A DNA stretch of 64,000 bases from an archaeon (lineage in GTDB: Archaea; Nanobdellota; Nanobdellia; Pacearchaeales; GW2011-AR1): assembly GCA_030605415.1 (NCBI GenBank), contig JAUWIJ010000001.1, forward strand, positions 568 to 64,567. Direction: 5' to 3'. Both the position numbers and the translations under genes were made by a program. Of the stretch, positions 63,943-64,000 are shown piece after piece. Below the pieces are notes generated by a model that was not told the origin of the DNA, did not search any database, and was given only the letters and a program-made list of their open reading frames with translations. Numbering within the stretch: position 1 is the first letter of the stretch; each line of letters begins with the position of its first letter.

Positions 63943-64000
63943 TTTAATTACCTAATTTATTTAAGAATTGGAGATTTTTAAGAGTTTGGGGGATGCACTA

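Overview
The window is a low-GC (~33%) archaeal chromosomal segment, probably from a DPANN-like lineage. Diagnostic archaeal genes: aIF-1A, aIF-2 beta, aCPSF1/FttA, proteasome beta, GatD/GatE plus GatCAB, class-I CCA enzyme, Trm5, archease-RtcB, and an intron-containing tRNA-Asn. The housekeeping backbone also carries ftsZ, aspS and a signal peptidase. Interleaved with it are many accessory genes: a radical-SAM/SPASM cluster, Fic, an AAA/DUF4143 ATPase, HEPN-MNT and RelE-like toxin-antitoxin pairs, four NUDIX genes and large Cys-rich surface proteins. Three structural themes recur. (1) Small gene cassettes are inserted at the 3' ends of genes (trm5, cca, a DUF294 NTase gene, tRNA-Asn), each flanked by imperfect direct copies of the target 3' end. 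(2) At least three families of G-rich low-complexity repeat elements occur intergenically and as in-frame insertions in essential genes (rtcB, trm5, gatA, gatE, cca; plus a distinct identical 18-codon insert in cca and gatB). This resembles Rickettsia palindromic elements. (3) Paralogous surface/tail-fibre-like genes share identical promoter and N-terminal modules. The most system-like novelty is the radical-SAM/SPASM maturase + HExxH protein + unannotated 59-aa Cys-rich peptide cluster at 438-2552. This is a candidate archaeal RiPP (SCIFF/ranthipeptide-like) locus, and it is itself bracketed by coding-like repeats.
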